Of a DNA stretch of 64,000 nt, positions 45,646-56,128 are shown piece by piece; the first letter of the stretch is position 1; each line of letters opens with the position of its first letter. Where the stretch lies: IMG/VR virus record IMGVR_UViG_3300009068_000024, positions 64,001 to 128,000 of that record; one strand, written 5' to 3'. Below the pieces are notes generated by a model, which was not told where the DNA came from, did not search any database, and worked only from the letters and a program-made list of their open reading frames with translations. Source of the DNA: a virus. A program made the translations under genes and the position numbers.

Positions 45646-48600
45646 ACGCATACAAAGGAGTAAAGAGCTTTCTGATTATTTAAGAGCTATGAATGAAGAT
45701 GTTACTAAATTAAATAATAGGAACTACGTCACTTCTATTGCCGCAAATGCTATTGGATCTAGTGAAATTGGTGAAGATGTAATTTTAGATAATAAATCTA
45801 TTTCCAGTTTAAATTATCTTCCAGGAGTATCTGGTTGGAGAATTGATGGTTACGGAAACTCTGAGTTTGCTAACGTCTACGTTCGTGGGGATATTAATGC
45901 TTACTCTGGCACTATTGGTTATTGGAATATTAGCCAACCTTTAGTCAAAAGAACTTTTGGAGATTATGTAATTTATGGAACTCTTCTTGAAAGTTCTGAT
46001 CTAGGATTGACAGACGACGGAGTTACCTCCGGTACTTACGTCGGTCTTTTTAAATCTTATATAGATGAACAAATTAGCGTACTGTCTGCATCTAGAGATT
46101 CTGAAATTGCAACAATAACTGTTGCGGCGCACAATTATTCTGTAGGGGATTACATTAAAGTTAGGGTTGTTGAAGATTCTAGTTTTAACACCAACTCTTC
46201 AATAATTGTAGACGTAAGTGATACAACTTATAAATATTATAATGCCGGATCTGACGTAACGGTTGATCAAATCTCTGGCTATTCTATTCTTGCTATAAAA
46301 GATATTGCCGGTCTTTATCTTCGAGATTACTCAAGGTCTGAATTTGATTATGGATATTTTTCTAATACTGGTATAAAGTATGTTTCAGCTGAAGATATCA
46401 ACATAATTGAAAATCCTAGCTTTGAATATAAGGATGACAGCGGATCAACGGTATCATCTTTGGTGTCCTGGTCGGCCGGATCTGGACTTACTTTAGCAAC
46501 TTTAGATATCAGCTCTGTATATTCTAGCGATAGTGCTTACGGTGGAAAACTTACATGGTCTGGCACTGGGCTATCTACCTATTTATCTTCAAAAATTGAC
46601 TATTCTTCCGGAAGTAGTTATGGCGTATTTAATTCAGGAAAGAGTCTTTACCTTGATCTGACAGTTTTTCCTTACTATGTTCCTGTAGCCAAAACTATAA
46701 GCTCTATAGCAAGTTGGTCAGTGGGAAGTACTTGGTATCTAAAAGTATACTCCACAGCTCACGGATTTTCTGCAGGAGATACTGTATTTTTAGACGTTAA
46801 TGCTACTTTTACTAAAGATGGTGTAACAACAACCCACTGTCCGCATACAATTGCTGATGGTACACTTGGATACACCTTCACCGTCCTATCTAGCCCTGCC
46901 CCGGCTAGTAATTATTTTTATGTAAATGCAAATCCAAGTGGAAGTTTTAACGCTCCTGAGCAGACTTTAACAACAGCTTCTGCCACCAGCGTATCTATAT
47001 CTGCTTATAAAGCATATGAAGTTGCTTTGGATTTAACTGCAATACAGTTTAGGTATGAAAACGGTACTACAACCCCAATAACTGATGTTGTATCTATTGC
47101 AACAAAAACTTTATGGGATGATGGAAAAAATAAATACTTATTTAGTAATTCAAATGATTACATTTTTTCTTATATTAAGCATCAAAATGACCCAACTTTC
47201 GTGGTTGAGCCAATGTATAAAACTGATCCTATCATTATTGATGCTGAAAGTCTTGAAACTAGTTACAGAAGCTCTGACATTGATAGTTTAAATGATCAGT
47301 TAGATTTTTATTTAGATATTCCTGGCTGGTTGCTTAAGCACGATGGTAATTACGTAGTTTCTGGTACAAAAGTGACTAATTCTTCTGGAATAGGTTACAT
47401 TGTAGATAATGTTTTATTGTCAACTGCATCTAATTTTTTCTATGGTTCTTATCTAGACACAAATCGTTGGGCTGATGGTAATAATAATCCTGCTCAAGCG
47501 TCTATTGAAAGCAGTAAAACTTGGTTAAATGTAGACTTAGCGGGTCAATCTGCTAGCCTAGATTATTTTGATTACGTTAAATTTAGAAATAATACTTTTA
47601 CTAAAACTATGATTCAGCGGCCATCTTTAAGTATGAGTGATTCTTTAGAATTATATGTACCTTTTTCTGGAAATAATTATGATACACTTACTCTTAGTTC
47701 TGGAGAATATCAGTATTTAGCTGCTTCATCTATTTATAAAAATATTAACTCTAATTTAAAACTTATAACTGGAGACAATAATTCTCAGTTTGAGCTTTCT
47801 ACTAGCAGTAGGTATATAGATACTACTACTGGGATTCTAGATTATAGAGTTGCAGCTGTTATATCTGGAAACGTAGAGTCATCATACGGTTCTGAAACTT
47901 CTACTATTCGAATTGCTAGCGATAAACTTGTTTGGACTTATGTACCAGATGAAATGACAACTGATGAAAAAGTTGTTTTTGATCAAGATCATATACTTTT
48001 ATCTGCTCCTCAAACTACTATAGATGGTGATTTATTAGTTACTGGAGCTGCAGTCTATACTGGTGGAGCTAGCTATTCTGGAGATACTTCTTATCAAAGA
48101 ATAAGAATTACATCCGTTGATGGTGTTGGAAGCGGTACCCAAGGTTTTCAGTTGGGAGCTACTTCTGGCTTAAATCTTCAAATGGATAGAAATAGTATTC
48201 AGGTATATAGCAATAGCGTTGCATCAGATATAGATATAAATGGTTCAGGTGGATCAGTTAGTATTGGAAGTACCTCATCTGATGTGGCGATTAAAAAACT
48301 AACTGTTGCAGGATACGTCACTAATACTTCTGGTGGAGTACTAGGCACTGTTGCTACAATACCTAATTCTGGTTTAACGAACTCTGCAATAACAATTAAT
48401 GGATCATCAGTGTCATTGGGCGGTTCAATAACAGTAACAGTTGCAAACTTTAGTGGTTCTGGAACATCAATCACTGGTTTGCAATCTGCTGCTGGTATTG
48501 CACTACCTATATCAACTGCAAATAACACTACTGCATCTGGTGCTATCACTATTGCAACTGGTACATCGTCTAACTCTGGTACCACAACTGGAACTCTATC

Positions 48601-50209
48601 TATAAGCACGGGAAATAGTGCAAGTGCTGGAACTTCTGCTTCTGGATCTATTACGATCAAAACAGGCGATGGCCTTGGTGGAGCTGGTAGTACTGGTGGA
48701 GTAACTATTGATGTTGGCTCTAGCGCTGGAACTGGTCTTGCTGGAACTATTAATATTGGTGCTAATAATTCACCTACTATAAACATTGGTAAAACTTCTT
48801 CATCTGTATCTATAAAACCTTTAACTGCTGCAGGATACGTCACTAATACTTCTGACGGAACCCTAGGAACTACTACAACCATCCCTAAGTCTGTAGTTGG
48901 CCTTGGTAACGTAGACAATACTTCAGATGTTAATAAGCCAGTATCGACCGCTCAGCAGACTGCGTTGGATTTAAAACTTACTTCTAGTGTTGCAGCATCA
49001 ACTTATGCTCCTATAGCATCGCCTACATTTACAGGAACTGTTTCTGGTATTACAAAGACAATGGTTGGGCTTGGTAACGTAGACAATACTTCAGATGTTA
49101 ATAAGCCAGTATCGACCGCTCAGCAGACTGCGTTAGATCTAAAGGCAAATAAAAATAATGCTGTATTTACTGGAACTATGCCATCAGTCACTAGCTCTAC
49201 TTCTTCAAGTGTTAAGTCTAGTACTGATTTAGTAAACAGAGCATACATAGATTCTGTTGTTAATCCAACAACTTGGAAAGTTTCAGTCGTATGCGCGACT
49301 ACAGCAGCTTTAGGTACTTCTGGAAACCTAGTTGGTGGAACTATCACTACTACCTATAATAATGGAACTTCAGGTGTAGGGGCAACTTTAACTATTGCTA
49401 CTTCATCAAACTGGACAGCTATTACTATCGATGGATATAGTTTTAACACAAGTGATCGTGTACTTATTAAGAATCAAGCATCAGCTTTTCAAAATGGTAT
49501 TTATACAGTTACAACTAAAGGAACTGTTGGAACAACTACTTCATTTGTTTTTACTAGAGCAACTGACGCAGACACTTCTACAGAAAATTTTGAAAAACAC
49601 TCCCTGTATGTTGAGTACGGAACTAATTATGCTGACAATGCTTTTGTAAATATTATAAATGGTGATATTGTAATGGGGACTACCGATATAGTATACAGCC
49701 TTGGTGTTTTTAATTCAACTGTCCCACTTTCAGGATTAGGTAGAATTCCTTACACAAATTCTGATAGAGGGATTACCTATACTGCTCCATATACAAAGAC
49801 TGGTCAGGTTTTAAAAAGTGGATTTGCTGCACCTGGTGCAGATTTAGGTTGGTATGATCCAGTCCCATTTGATATGAAAACTGGAAAAATTGCTTCCACT
49901 GACTGGGATAATGTTGCTAGTCCAGTTGGTGAAGTGATCGTTACTTTTGATGCTGCTTTTCAAACAGGAGCTGTTCCTAATATAACATTTAGTCCGATAT
50001 CTACATCTACAACTACAATTTTTACAGTTACCTTAAAATCAGCCCCTACGGAAACTGGTTTTACTGCCATTATTAGAACTTGGAATGGTACAGCTTTTTC
50101 AGTTACTACGGCTCCTACTGTATATTGGACTGCAGTGCAAGGAGCAAGAATAGTAGGTACTGCATCCAGCACTAATGATGGCAGAACAGACTATGGAACT
50201 GTTGGTTAG
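45635..50209 (+). CDS. Tail fibre / receptor-binding protein
   Basis: GVSGWRIDGYGNSEF N-terminus; two VGLGNVDNTSDVNKPVSTAQQTALDLK repeats; RVLIKNQ...NGIY...TRATDAD module; lectin-like C-terminus. Confidence 0.75.
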   Translation: MAYRRIQRSKELSDYLRAMNEDVTKLNNRNYVTSIAANAIGSSEIGEDVILDNKSISSLNYLPGVSGWRIDGYGNSEFANVYVRGDINAYSGTIGYWNISQPLVKRTFGDYVIYGTLLESSDLGLTDDGVTSGTYVGLFKSYIDEQISVLSASRDSEIATITVAAHNYSVGDYIKVRVVEDSSFNTNSSIIVDVSDTTYKYYNAGSDVTVDQISGYSILAIKDIAGLYLRDYSRSEFDYGYFSNTGIKYVSAEDINIIENPSFEYKDDSGSTVSSLVSWSAGSGLTLATLDISSVYSSDSAYGGKLTWSGTGLSTYLSSKIDYSSGSSYGVFNSGKSLYLDLTVFPYYVPVAKTISSIASWSVGSTWYLKVYSTAHGFSAGDTVFLDVNATFTKDGVTTTHCPHTIADGTLGYTFTVLSSPAPASNYFYVNANPSGSFNAPEQTLTTASATSVSISAYKAYEVALDLTAIQFRYENGTTTPITDVVSIATKTLWDDGKNKYLFSNSNDYIFSYIKHQNDPTFVVEPMYKTDPIIIDAESLETSYRSSDIDSLNDQLDFYLDIPGWLLKHDGNYVVSGTKVTNSSGIGYIVDNVLLSTASNFFYGSYLDTNRWADGNNNPAQASIESSKTWLNVDLAGQSASLDYFDYVKFRNNTFTKTMIQRPSLSMSDSLELYVPFSGNNYDTLTLSSGEYQYLAASSIYKNINSNLKLITGDNNSQFELSTSSRYIDTTTGILDYRVAAVISGNVESSYGSETSTIRIASDKLVWTYVPDEMTTDEKVVFDQDHILLSAPQTTIDGDLLVTGAAVYTGGASYSGDTSYQRIRITSVDGVGSGTQGFQLGATSGLNLQMDRNSIQVYSNSVASDIDINGSGGSVSIGSTSSDVAIKKLTVAGYVTNTSGGVLGTVATIPNSGLTNSAITINGSSVSLGGSITVTVANFSGSGTSITGLQSAAGIALPISTANNTTASGAITIATGTSSNSGTTTGTLSISTGNSASAGTSASGSITIKTGDGLGGAGSTGGVTIDVGSSAGTGLAGTINIGANNSPTINIGKTSSSVSIKPLTAAGYVTNTSDGTLGTTTTIPKSVVGLGNVDNTSDVNKPVSTAQQTALDLKLTSSVAASTYAPIASPTFTGTVSGITKTMVGLGNVDNTSDVNKPVSTAQQTALDLKANKNNAVFTGTMPSVTSSTSSSVKSSTDLVNRAYIDSVVNPTTWKVSVVCATTAALGTSGNLVGGTITTTYNNGTSGVGATLTIATSSNWTAITIDGYSFNTSDRVLIKNQASAFQNGIYTVTTKGTVGTTTSFVFTRATDADTSTENFEKHSLYVEYGTNYADNAFVNIINGDIVMGTTDIVYSLGVFNSTVPLSGLGRIPYTNSDRGITYTAPYTKTGQVLKSGFAAPGADLGWYDPVPFDMKTGKIASTDWDNVASPVGEVIVTFDAAFQTGAVPNITFSPISTSTTTIFTVTLKSAPTETGFTAIIRTWNGTAFSVTTAPTVYWTAVQGARIVGTASSTNDGRTDYGTVG
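48902..49134 (+). repeat. 65-bp perfect direct repeat in the tail fibre gene
   Basis: cttggtaacgtagacaatacttcagatgttaataagccagtatcgaccgctcagcagactgcgtt at 48902-48966 and 49070-49134. Confidence 0.9.
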
Positions 50210-50246
50210 TGATGATAAAATTAAGTAAAGTTTTGGAGGATAAGTA

Positions 50247-50375
50247 ATGTACACGATTCTAAAAATAACTACTGATGAAGTAGACGAATTTATTGTATAT
50301 AATAAACTAACTAATTTAGAGGTTGCTCGCTATTCTACATATAGTGAAGCATTTCAAGATTTATTATCTAGATAA
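50247..50375 (+). CDS. Small hypothetical protein (42 aa, not in ORF track)
   Basis: GGAGG RBS at 50235-50239; MYTILKITTDEVDEFIVYNKLTNLEVARYSTYSEAFQDLLSR then stop. Confidence 0.6.
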   Translation: MYTILKITTDEVDEFIVYNKLTNLEVARYSTYSEAFQDLLSR

Positions 50376-50377
50376 AT

Positions 50378-50527
50378 TTAATTTTTAGGTCTAGGTTCTT
50401 GCCTGGGATCTCTAATAAATACAATACCTTGATGTTTTAATTCACAACATCTAGCCAATTTCATCACAACAAATACTTTTTTACATTCATTGCATTGATA
50501 TGGATCTTGCCTATTATTCTGTTTCAC
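50378..50527 (-). CDS. Small zinc-finger-like protein (49 aa, not in ORF track)
   Basis: GTG start; YQCNECKKVFVVMKLARCCELKH; converges on the 50247 ORF with a 2-nt gap. Confidence 0.5.
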   Translation of the reverse strand: MKQNNRQDPYQCNECKKVFVVMKLARCCELKHQGIVFIRDPRQEPRPKN

Positions 50528-50635
50528 TCGGGGCCTTACGGTCTACGATTACTATCAATTTATTATCTCACGTGTGTTATATCTCGTTATGCTAGTATTT
50601 ATGTATAAAGTTACTATATAACCATAGGAGACAAA

Positions 50636-51196
50636 ATGACCGAATTTATCGGAATATCTGGATTTGCTAGATCTGGAAAAGATACTGCTGCTGATTATTT
50701 AGTAAAAAACCATGGATTTACAAGAATATCTTTTGCCGACCCGATGAGAGAAGCACTACTTGCATTAGACCCTAGTGTATCTTTTGGAATCTCTTCTATA
50801 AAAATATCTACTCTAGTTAGGCTAGGTGGGTGGGATACGGTAAAAGAAGATTATCCAGAAGTTAGAGAACTTTTACAACGGATGGGTACAGAAGTTGGTC
50901 GTAATCTTTTTGGAAAAGATTTTTGGGTAGACCAGGCTTTTAAAAAAGCTGAGCAATATGACAAAGTTGTATTTTCAGATTGTAGGTTTATCAATGAAGC
51001 CGATGCCGTGACAGCTCATGGCGGGTCTGTGTGGCGTATCAACAGAGCCGGACTTCTTGCTCCAAATAATCACGTGTCTGAAAAAGAACTGAATGATTAC
51101 AACTTCAATGTGATCTTTAACAATGACGGTACCCTAGAAGATTTTTATAATAATATTGAAAGACACTTGGAGATTAAATGTCTGATCAAGGAATAG
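50636..51196 (+). CDS. Deoxynucleoside monophosphate kinase
   Basis: P-loop GFARSGKDT, SFADPMRE, RELLQRMGTEVGR, SDCRFINE. Confidence 0.85.
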   Translation: MTEFIGISGFARSGKDTAADYLVKNHGFTRISFADPMREALLALDPSVSFGISSIKISTLVRLGGWDTVKEDYPEVRELLQRMGTEVGRNLFGKDFWVDQAFKKAEQYDKVVFSDCRFINEADAVTAHGGSVWRINRAGLLAPNNHVSEKELNDYNFNVIFNNDGTLEDFYNNIERHLEIKCLIKE

Positions 51197-51834
51197 CTCT
51201 TTTGTATGCTCGTGTATCTACTCAACTGCAGGTAAGTGACGGAGTTTCATTAGATGTTCAGGAACGTCAACTACGTCAAGCAGCTGAGTTGGCTGGGTAT
51301 ACAGAGTTTGAACTTATCCGTGAAGAGGGTCGCTCAGGTAAGTCAATTACGGGCCGTCCGGCTCTTACAGCCGCTTTGAAGCGTTTAGATACTGGCACTG
51401 CTTCAGCCCTGTTTGTGACGCGTATCGACCGCCTAGCCCGCTCTACGAAGGACTTTTTGAGCATAATAGACCGGGCAAATGCCAATAAATGGCGTCTAGT
51501 TATGCTAGATCTAAACCTGGACACAGCCAGCTATCAGGGCCGTTTTGTGGTTACGATTATGTCTGCTCTGGCTGAGATGGAACGTGGCATTATCGCTGAG
51601 CGTCAAAAAGATGTGCATAAAGATCGTCGAGCTCGTGGAATTAAGTGGGGGGTTGATATGGGCCCTAAAAATAAAACTTCTGATGAAGTAAAGGATCTCG
51701 TTAGAAAGCAGAAAGATTCCGGTCTTTCATTCCACGAAATAGCTAGAAGATTAAACAATAATGGCGTACCAACCCAGAATGGAGGGAGATGGTACGCCAC
51801 TACAGTTAAAAATATTTACGATTCTTTAGATTAA
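51178..51834 (+). CDS. Small serine recombinase (resolvase/invertase family) with C-terminal HTH
   Basis: YARVST (catalytic Ser), SGK...RPAL, RIDRLAR, AEMERGII.ER; C-terminal SFHEIARRLN...GGRWYATTV. Confidence 0.9.
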   Translation: MSDQGIALLYARVSTQLQVSDGVSLDVQERQLRQAAELAGYTEFELIREEGRSGKSITGRPALTAALKRLDTGTASALFVTRIDRLARSTKDFLSIIDRANANKWRLVMLDLNLDTASYQGRFVVTIMSALAEMERGIIAERQKDVHKDRRARGIKWGVDMGPKNKTSDEVKDLVRKQKDSGLSFHEIARRLNNNGVPTQNGGRWYATTVKNIYDSLD

Positions 51835-52559
51835 TCTCTCTTCATAATCGTTTGAGCAAAACTTCCCGAGAATCCGTAAGTTCCATAATGAGTAGTGTCT
51901 ACCCATGGGGCAGCATAAATCTTACCGCCTATAGACTTCCATCTTTCGCAGAAGTAGTAATCTTCTCCTAGTAACTGATTGTTGTCATCAAATTGCATAT
52001 CAAAAAATTGAGTAAGCTCTCTTTCAATTTGAACACCGTTGCGGCTACTGACATCTGTATATGTTCTACAACTTGGAGCCAACTCTTCAAAAACTTTTCG
52101 ACTTATATATACAAGCCCAGTTCCGACTCTTTCAACTTCCATAGGTTCCGTAATTTTTATTTCTTTACTTGTTGGAACTACTCCGGTAAAAAATCCTGTA
52201 TATTTTTCAAGATCTTCTTCGCCATTTAATGCAGCTTGTCTTACTTGCTCCCAGTTAATGGCTTTTTTAGGGTAGATAGCTCCAATAAAATCTTTACCGG
52301 AGTGGACCATTTCCGCAACTGCAATAGGATCAAAACCAGTATCTGCATCGATAAATAAGATACCGTCGGCTTCTTTGTTTTGAAGCATGTCGTGTACTAA
52401 AGCATCCCTACCTCTACTTATGATACTTTCATTAATTATTACCGGATAGAACATAGAATCGCCTTTTCCCGCAAGTGTAAAAGACAGTGGTAAAACACTA
52501 TGCATGTATCCACCGTGGCACATACCGCCAAACATTGGGGTTGCAATTGCAATTAACAT
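51831..52559 (-). CDS. GT-A fold glycosyltransferase-like protein
   Basis: IAIATPMFGG, DxD motif LFIDAD, GTGLVYISR, GEDYYFCERW. Confidence 0.75.
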   Translation of the reverse strand: MLIAIATPMFGGMCHGGYMHSVLPLSFTLAGKGDSMFYPVIINESIISRGRDALVHDMLQNKEADGILFIDADTGFDPIAVAEMVHSGKDFIGAIYPKKAINWEQVRQAALNGEEDLEKYTGFFTGVVPTSKEIKITEPMEVERVGTGLVYISRKVFEELAPSCRTYTDVSSRNGVQIERELTQFFDMQFDDNNQLLGEDYYFCERWKSIGGKIYAAPWVDTTHYGTYGFSGSFAQTIMKRD

Positions 52560-52579
52560 AAAACTCCTTGATTGTTAGA

Positions 52580-52605
52580 GGAAGGGGTCTTTTTAGACCC
52601 CTTCC
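52580..52605. terminator. Perfect 11-bp inverted repeat downstream of the primase-helicase gene
   Basis: ggaaggggtct-tttt-agaccccttcc. Confidence 0.65.
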
Positions 52606-52655
52606 ATGTCTTTCTCCCGAATAGATCCCAAGACACAATTACATCCTATACCACA

Positions 52656-55256
52656 TTAATGGGCTAGGCGAACTGCGACATTCCAATCAATTTCTTTGGA
52701 TTCTACAGCTCTTGGAGCAAGAGTTCTATTTTTAATTTCAGCTTTAGAGCCTTGACCTAGAATTTGTAACCCTCTATCTGAAAGTTTTCTGTGAAACGCA
52801 ATTTGAGTTAGTGGACGTTCACCACGTTCATCCGACCACATTCTATAAATTGAATACATCTGCTTGACTAAAACTGAAGCTCCCTCATTTTCACGAGTCT
52901 CTTCATTCAAGAACATCCCAATTCGGTCTTCATTCTTACGATAGATCTCAGCTGCCTCAGAAACGGCTGTACACCACCCTAGAGGGTCTCTAGCAGACGA
53001 TCCTAGGTATTTTATGGCTCCCTCTACTGCCCAAGCCAAAACAGCCGGTAAACCGCCCTCAGGGTCGAATAGATAAGCTTTTAGATCTGGATCTGGCATT
53101 TCAGGAACATTGCTCCATGGAATAGGTCTAATACGACGCCACATAGCATCGTCATTAATCATAGGACGGTGGTTAGTTGTAATCCATAATTTGGCTTGAG
53201 CCTTAAATGTAAATGGCTTTTCACCTGGAGAACGAGCAGAAATTTCAGATGAACCAGTTAACTTTTTAACAGCATTTTCTTTTAGACGTTCTGATTCTGG
53301 AAGCTCGTCTACCCAGACCATTCGACGACCTCTAAGTTCAGCCCAGTGGTACATATCTGTACTACTTGAGCTAGCACCAGTATCAGCAAGAATGCTGGAG
53401 TCAAGTGGCCAGGCATATTGCTGAGTACCTAGAGCCTTAACGATTGCTTCAACAAACGTGTTTTTACCCGATCCCGGGGGACCATAAACAAGGAACATTA
53501 AATCTTGATTGTTCAAACCAGTCAGTGTATAGCCAACTGCACGTTGAATCCAGTCTTGTAGTTCTCTATCCCCGCCAGTAGCAAAGTCGATAAACTGCTC
53601 CCAACGCATATTACGCATTCCTGGGGTGTAAGACAAGGGGATACGCTTTGTGATATGTAGATCTGGTCTACCTTTCATAAGCTCTCCGGTTTTAAGATTG
53701 ATTACACCATTAAGCACACCAAGAAGATATTCATCTCCATCCCAAGATTCAACTGCAGTAATTACTCGACTATCTGAATTAGCACTTTCAATAGCTGCAT
53801 TTAATCTGCTATTTGATCTAACCTGATTGGCCCACTTGATAACTTCGCTACGCTTATCTTCATCTGGATAATTGACTACTTCAGTGGTAATAATTGTTGG
53901 TAAGTGCTTTGCCAGTTCTTTCATTCCAAGATCTTCAGCATCTGGTTTCCAATACTGACCATCCCAAATAAACCAACCAATGCCGGGAGTGTATCTAACT
54001 GACGATCCAAATGAATCTACTAATCGACGTCCATTACCGATGTCAGATAGAGATCGGTTTCCTGGCTTTCCACCCTCGGCTTCCGAAATAGCGTCGACGT
54101 TTTTAGGGACATCAACGTTTCCACTACTAAATGCATCCGAAATTGATACACCATTATGAGCTGCCTCTGAGATAGAATGACCTACAGTTCCAACCTGAGA
54201 CTGTGCTGTTGGGCTAGGGTCTGATTCAGTTTTAGGTTTAGCTGATCTAGATTCTTCTTGAGACCTGTTTGCCCAGTCTTATAGTCCAGGCCAAAGTTTT
54301 TCTGTAATTGGATTTTCAGCAACAAAGTCCATGGCACGGCGGACGTGCATAAGAAGAGAGTTAACACCCTCCAATTCCATTGGCGGACGTACTTTTTCGT
54401 AGTTGAATCGGATCATCAAAGTCTCGATCATCAAACGCTTTTCAGGAGTCTCTACTCCATACTTGTTTGATAGTGCACATGCAAGCTTGTAGATATCTAC
54501 AGCACGTGATCCTTCATCAATTCCTTCTTCAAGAATTTTTGCAATATCAACCCGATCACCTTTATAGTCAAGGTCACCCATCCAACTCCAGTCACCATCA
54601 GCGTGGGACGATCCAGACTTGCGATTCTTTTTACGAATAACCTCTAGTAAAGCTTCCGGGGCATCTGCCATTTCAATTTCCCATGGGGCATGTCCTGGCT
54701 TCCATTCATAGTTGACTCCAGATCCATGGCGGCTAGGTGCAAGCATCACATACCCATTGTGCTTGATGTCAATACCATTTAAACCGCTAGCTTTTAAATT
54801 ACCTACAAACTGTTCTGAATTATCTACTTTAAAAAATAAGTGACGTCCACGTTCAGCTTTACCGTTATATGTATATCTTCCAGTAAGTGCTTCTACAGTG
54901 TTTGGTAATGCACCATCTAAAAGTTCATCTAGTTTTTCAAATGATTCAATACCACCGGATCTAGGGTCAATATCAATGACTATAAATCCAGATGGTTGGC
55001 AAAACACACCAATGTTGTTGATAGGGGAAGTGCTCCACCAGTTATGAATAACTAGCTGATCATCGGTAGCACGTGCGTTCCACTCACCGATGGCTGGGTG
55101 CTTACCTACATCTTTAGGTTCACCGTGAATACCGTTGCAAGTACAGCGACCTCCGTCATCAATACCGTGGCAAGGTAGGATCTTCCAGCCTTGTTGGGCA
55201 TACCAGACGGATGCTTTAGATAATTTCTCAATGTGAGTAGATTCAGGTTGAGTCAT
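52656..55256 (-). CDS. Bifunctional primase-polymerase plus D5-like SF3 helicase; one reading frame interrupted by a single TAA at 54279-54281
   Basis: Prim-pol motifs (NIGV, VIDIDPR, GRHLFF, GIDIK...GYVMLAPS). After the TAA the same frame continues through D5_N-like SDIGNGRRLVD...WFIWDGQYW into Walker A GPPGSGKNT, Walker B WVDE and TTNHRP. Confidence 0.85.
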
Positions 55257-55468
55257 AGTTAGTTACCTGCCGTAAATTGTCGTTGCATAAAAAGCCTCTC
55301 AATAGGAGCTGTATCAAAAACGATACAGCAAAGACGTGAAAAATTCAAGTTGAAATGTAATTTTAATTACTTTTAGAGAAGAAAGCGTAGCACGTCTAGG
55401 GCTAGTCGCCAATCAGAGGATAGGGTACAATTATACACAAGATATCCATCATCAATTAAGGCATTATT

Positions 55469-55798
55469 TTGATCATCGACCAAATTTTTACGACTTCAGC
55501 AGTCATCACTGCAATCGGCATAATCGTCGGCGGAATCCTTGCTGTATACAGATTAGCACATAAAATTCAAAAATCTATTGGATTGGACTCTCAGGGTAGG
55601 ACAATATCTGAAAGATTAGATAAAGTTGAGCACCAACTTTGGGAAAATGGCGGTAGTTCGTTGGCTGATAGGGTAAATACTATTGAACTTCATGTTGTAA
55701 AAACCCAGGCTGAAGTTGAATTAATTAAGAATTTTGTTATTGGCGTGTCGCCAGCTCCTGCCCCGGCTAAAAAAACTAGACTAAAAAAAGTTAGTTAA
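55469..55798 (+). CDS. Small membrane protein (one N-terminal TM helix plus coiled coil), possibly lysis-associated
   Basis: Hydrophobic VITAIGIIVGGILAVY; LWENGGSSLADRV; basic C-terminus. Confidence 0.55.
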   Translation: MIIDQIFTTSAVITAIGIIVGGILAVYRLAHKIQKSIGLDSQGRTISERLDKVEHQLWENGGSSLADRVNTIELHVVKTQAEVELIKNFVIGVSPAPAPAKKTRLKKVS

Positions 55799-55864
55799 TA
55801 CATATAAAAGTACAAAAATGTACTAGTATTAAAAAGACATAAATGACACACTAAGGAGTACGCT

Positions 55865-56128
55865 ATGTCTCTATCGGATAAATTAGCCGAAGCTTCAAAA
55901 AAATCTGGATCTAAATGTAAATTAGGCGCTTTGCTTGCTGGCACGGTATTGCCTGAAAAAGATTGTAATTATTTAATTGATGTTTTATCTGTACCTGAAG
56001 GAGATCCGCGTAGAATATCTAATGTAGATATTGCTAGAGTTCTTCGGGATGAAGGATTTGATATTTCAGATAGTTCCGTTGATCGTCATCGCCGCAGAGA
56101 TTGCGGTTGCTACAGGAAGGTAGCCTAA
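55865..56128 (+). CDS. Small Zn-binding/HTH-like protein
   Basis: AAGGAG RBS; C...ISNVDIARVL...RHRRRDCGC. Confidence 0.65.
   Translation: MSLSDKLAEASKKSGSKCKLGALLAGTVLPEKDCNYLIDVLSVPEGDPRRISNVDIARVLRDEGFDISDSSVDRHRRRDCGCYRKVA

Noticed and set aside
48902-49134. Diversity-generating retroelement TR/VR pair
   Set aside because: The repeats are identical rather than adenine-mutated, both lie in the same ORF, and no reverse transcriptase is present in the window.
45635-51834. Mu/P1-type invertible tail-fibre cassette driven by the serine recombinase
   Set aside because: No inverted alternative fibre C-terminus or flanking inverted crossover sites were seen.
54279-54281. Genome-wide stop codon reassignment
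   Set aside because: TAA, TAG and TGA all end genes normally elsewhere in the window; only this one internal stop was found.
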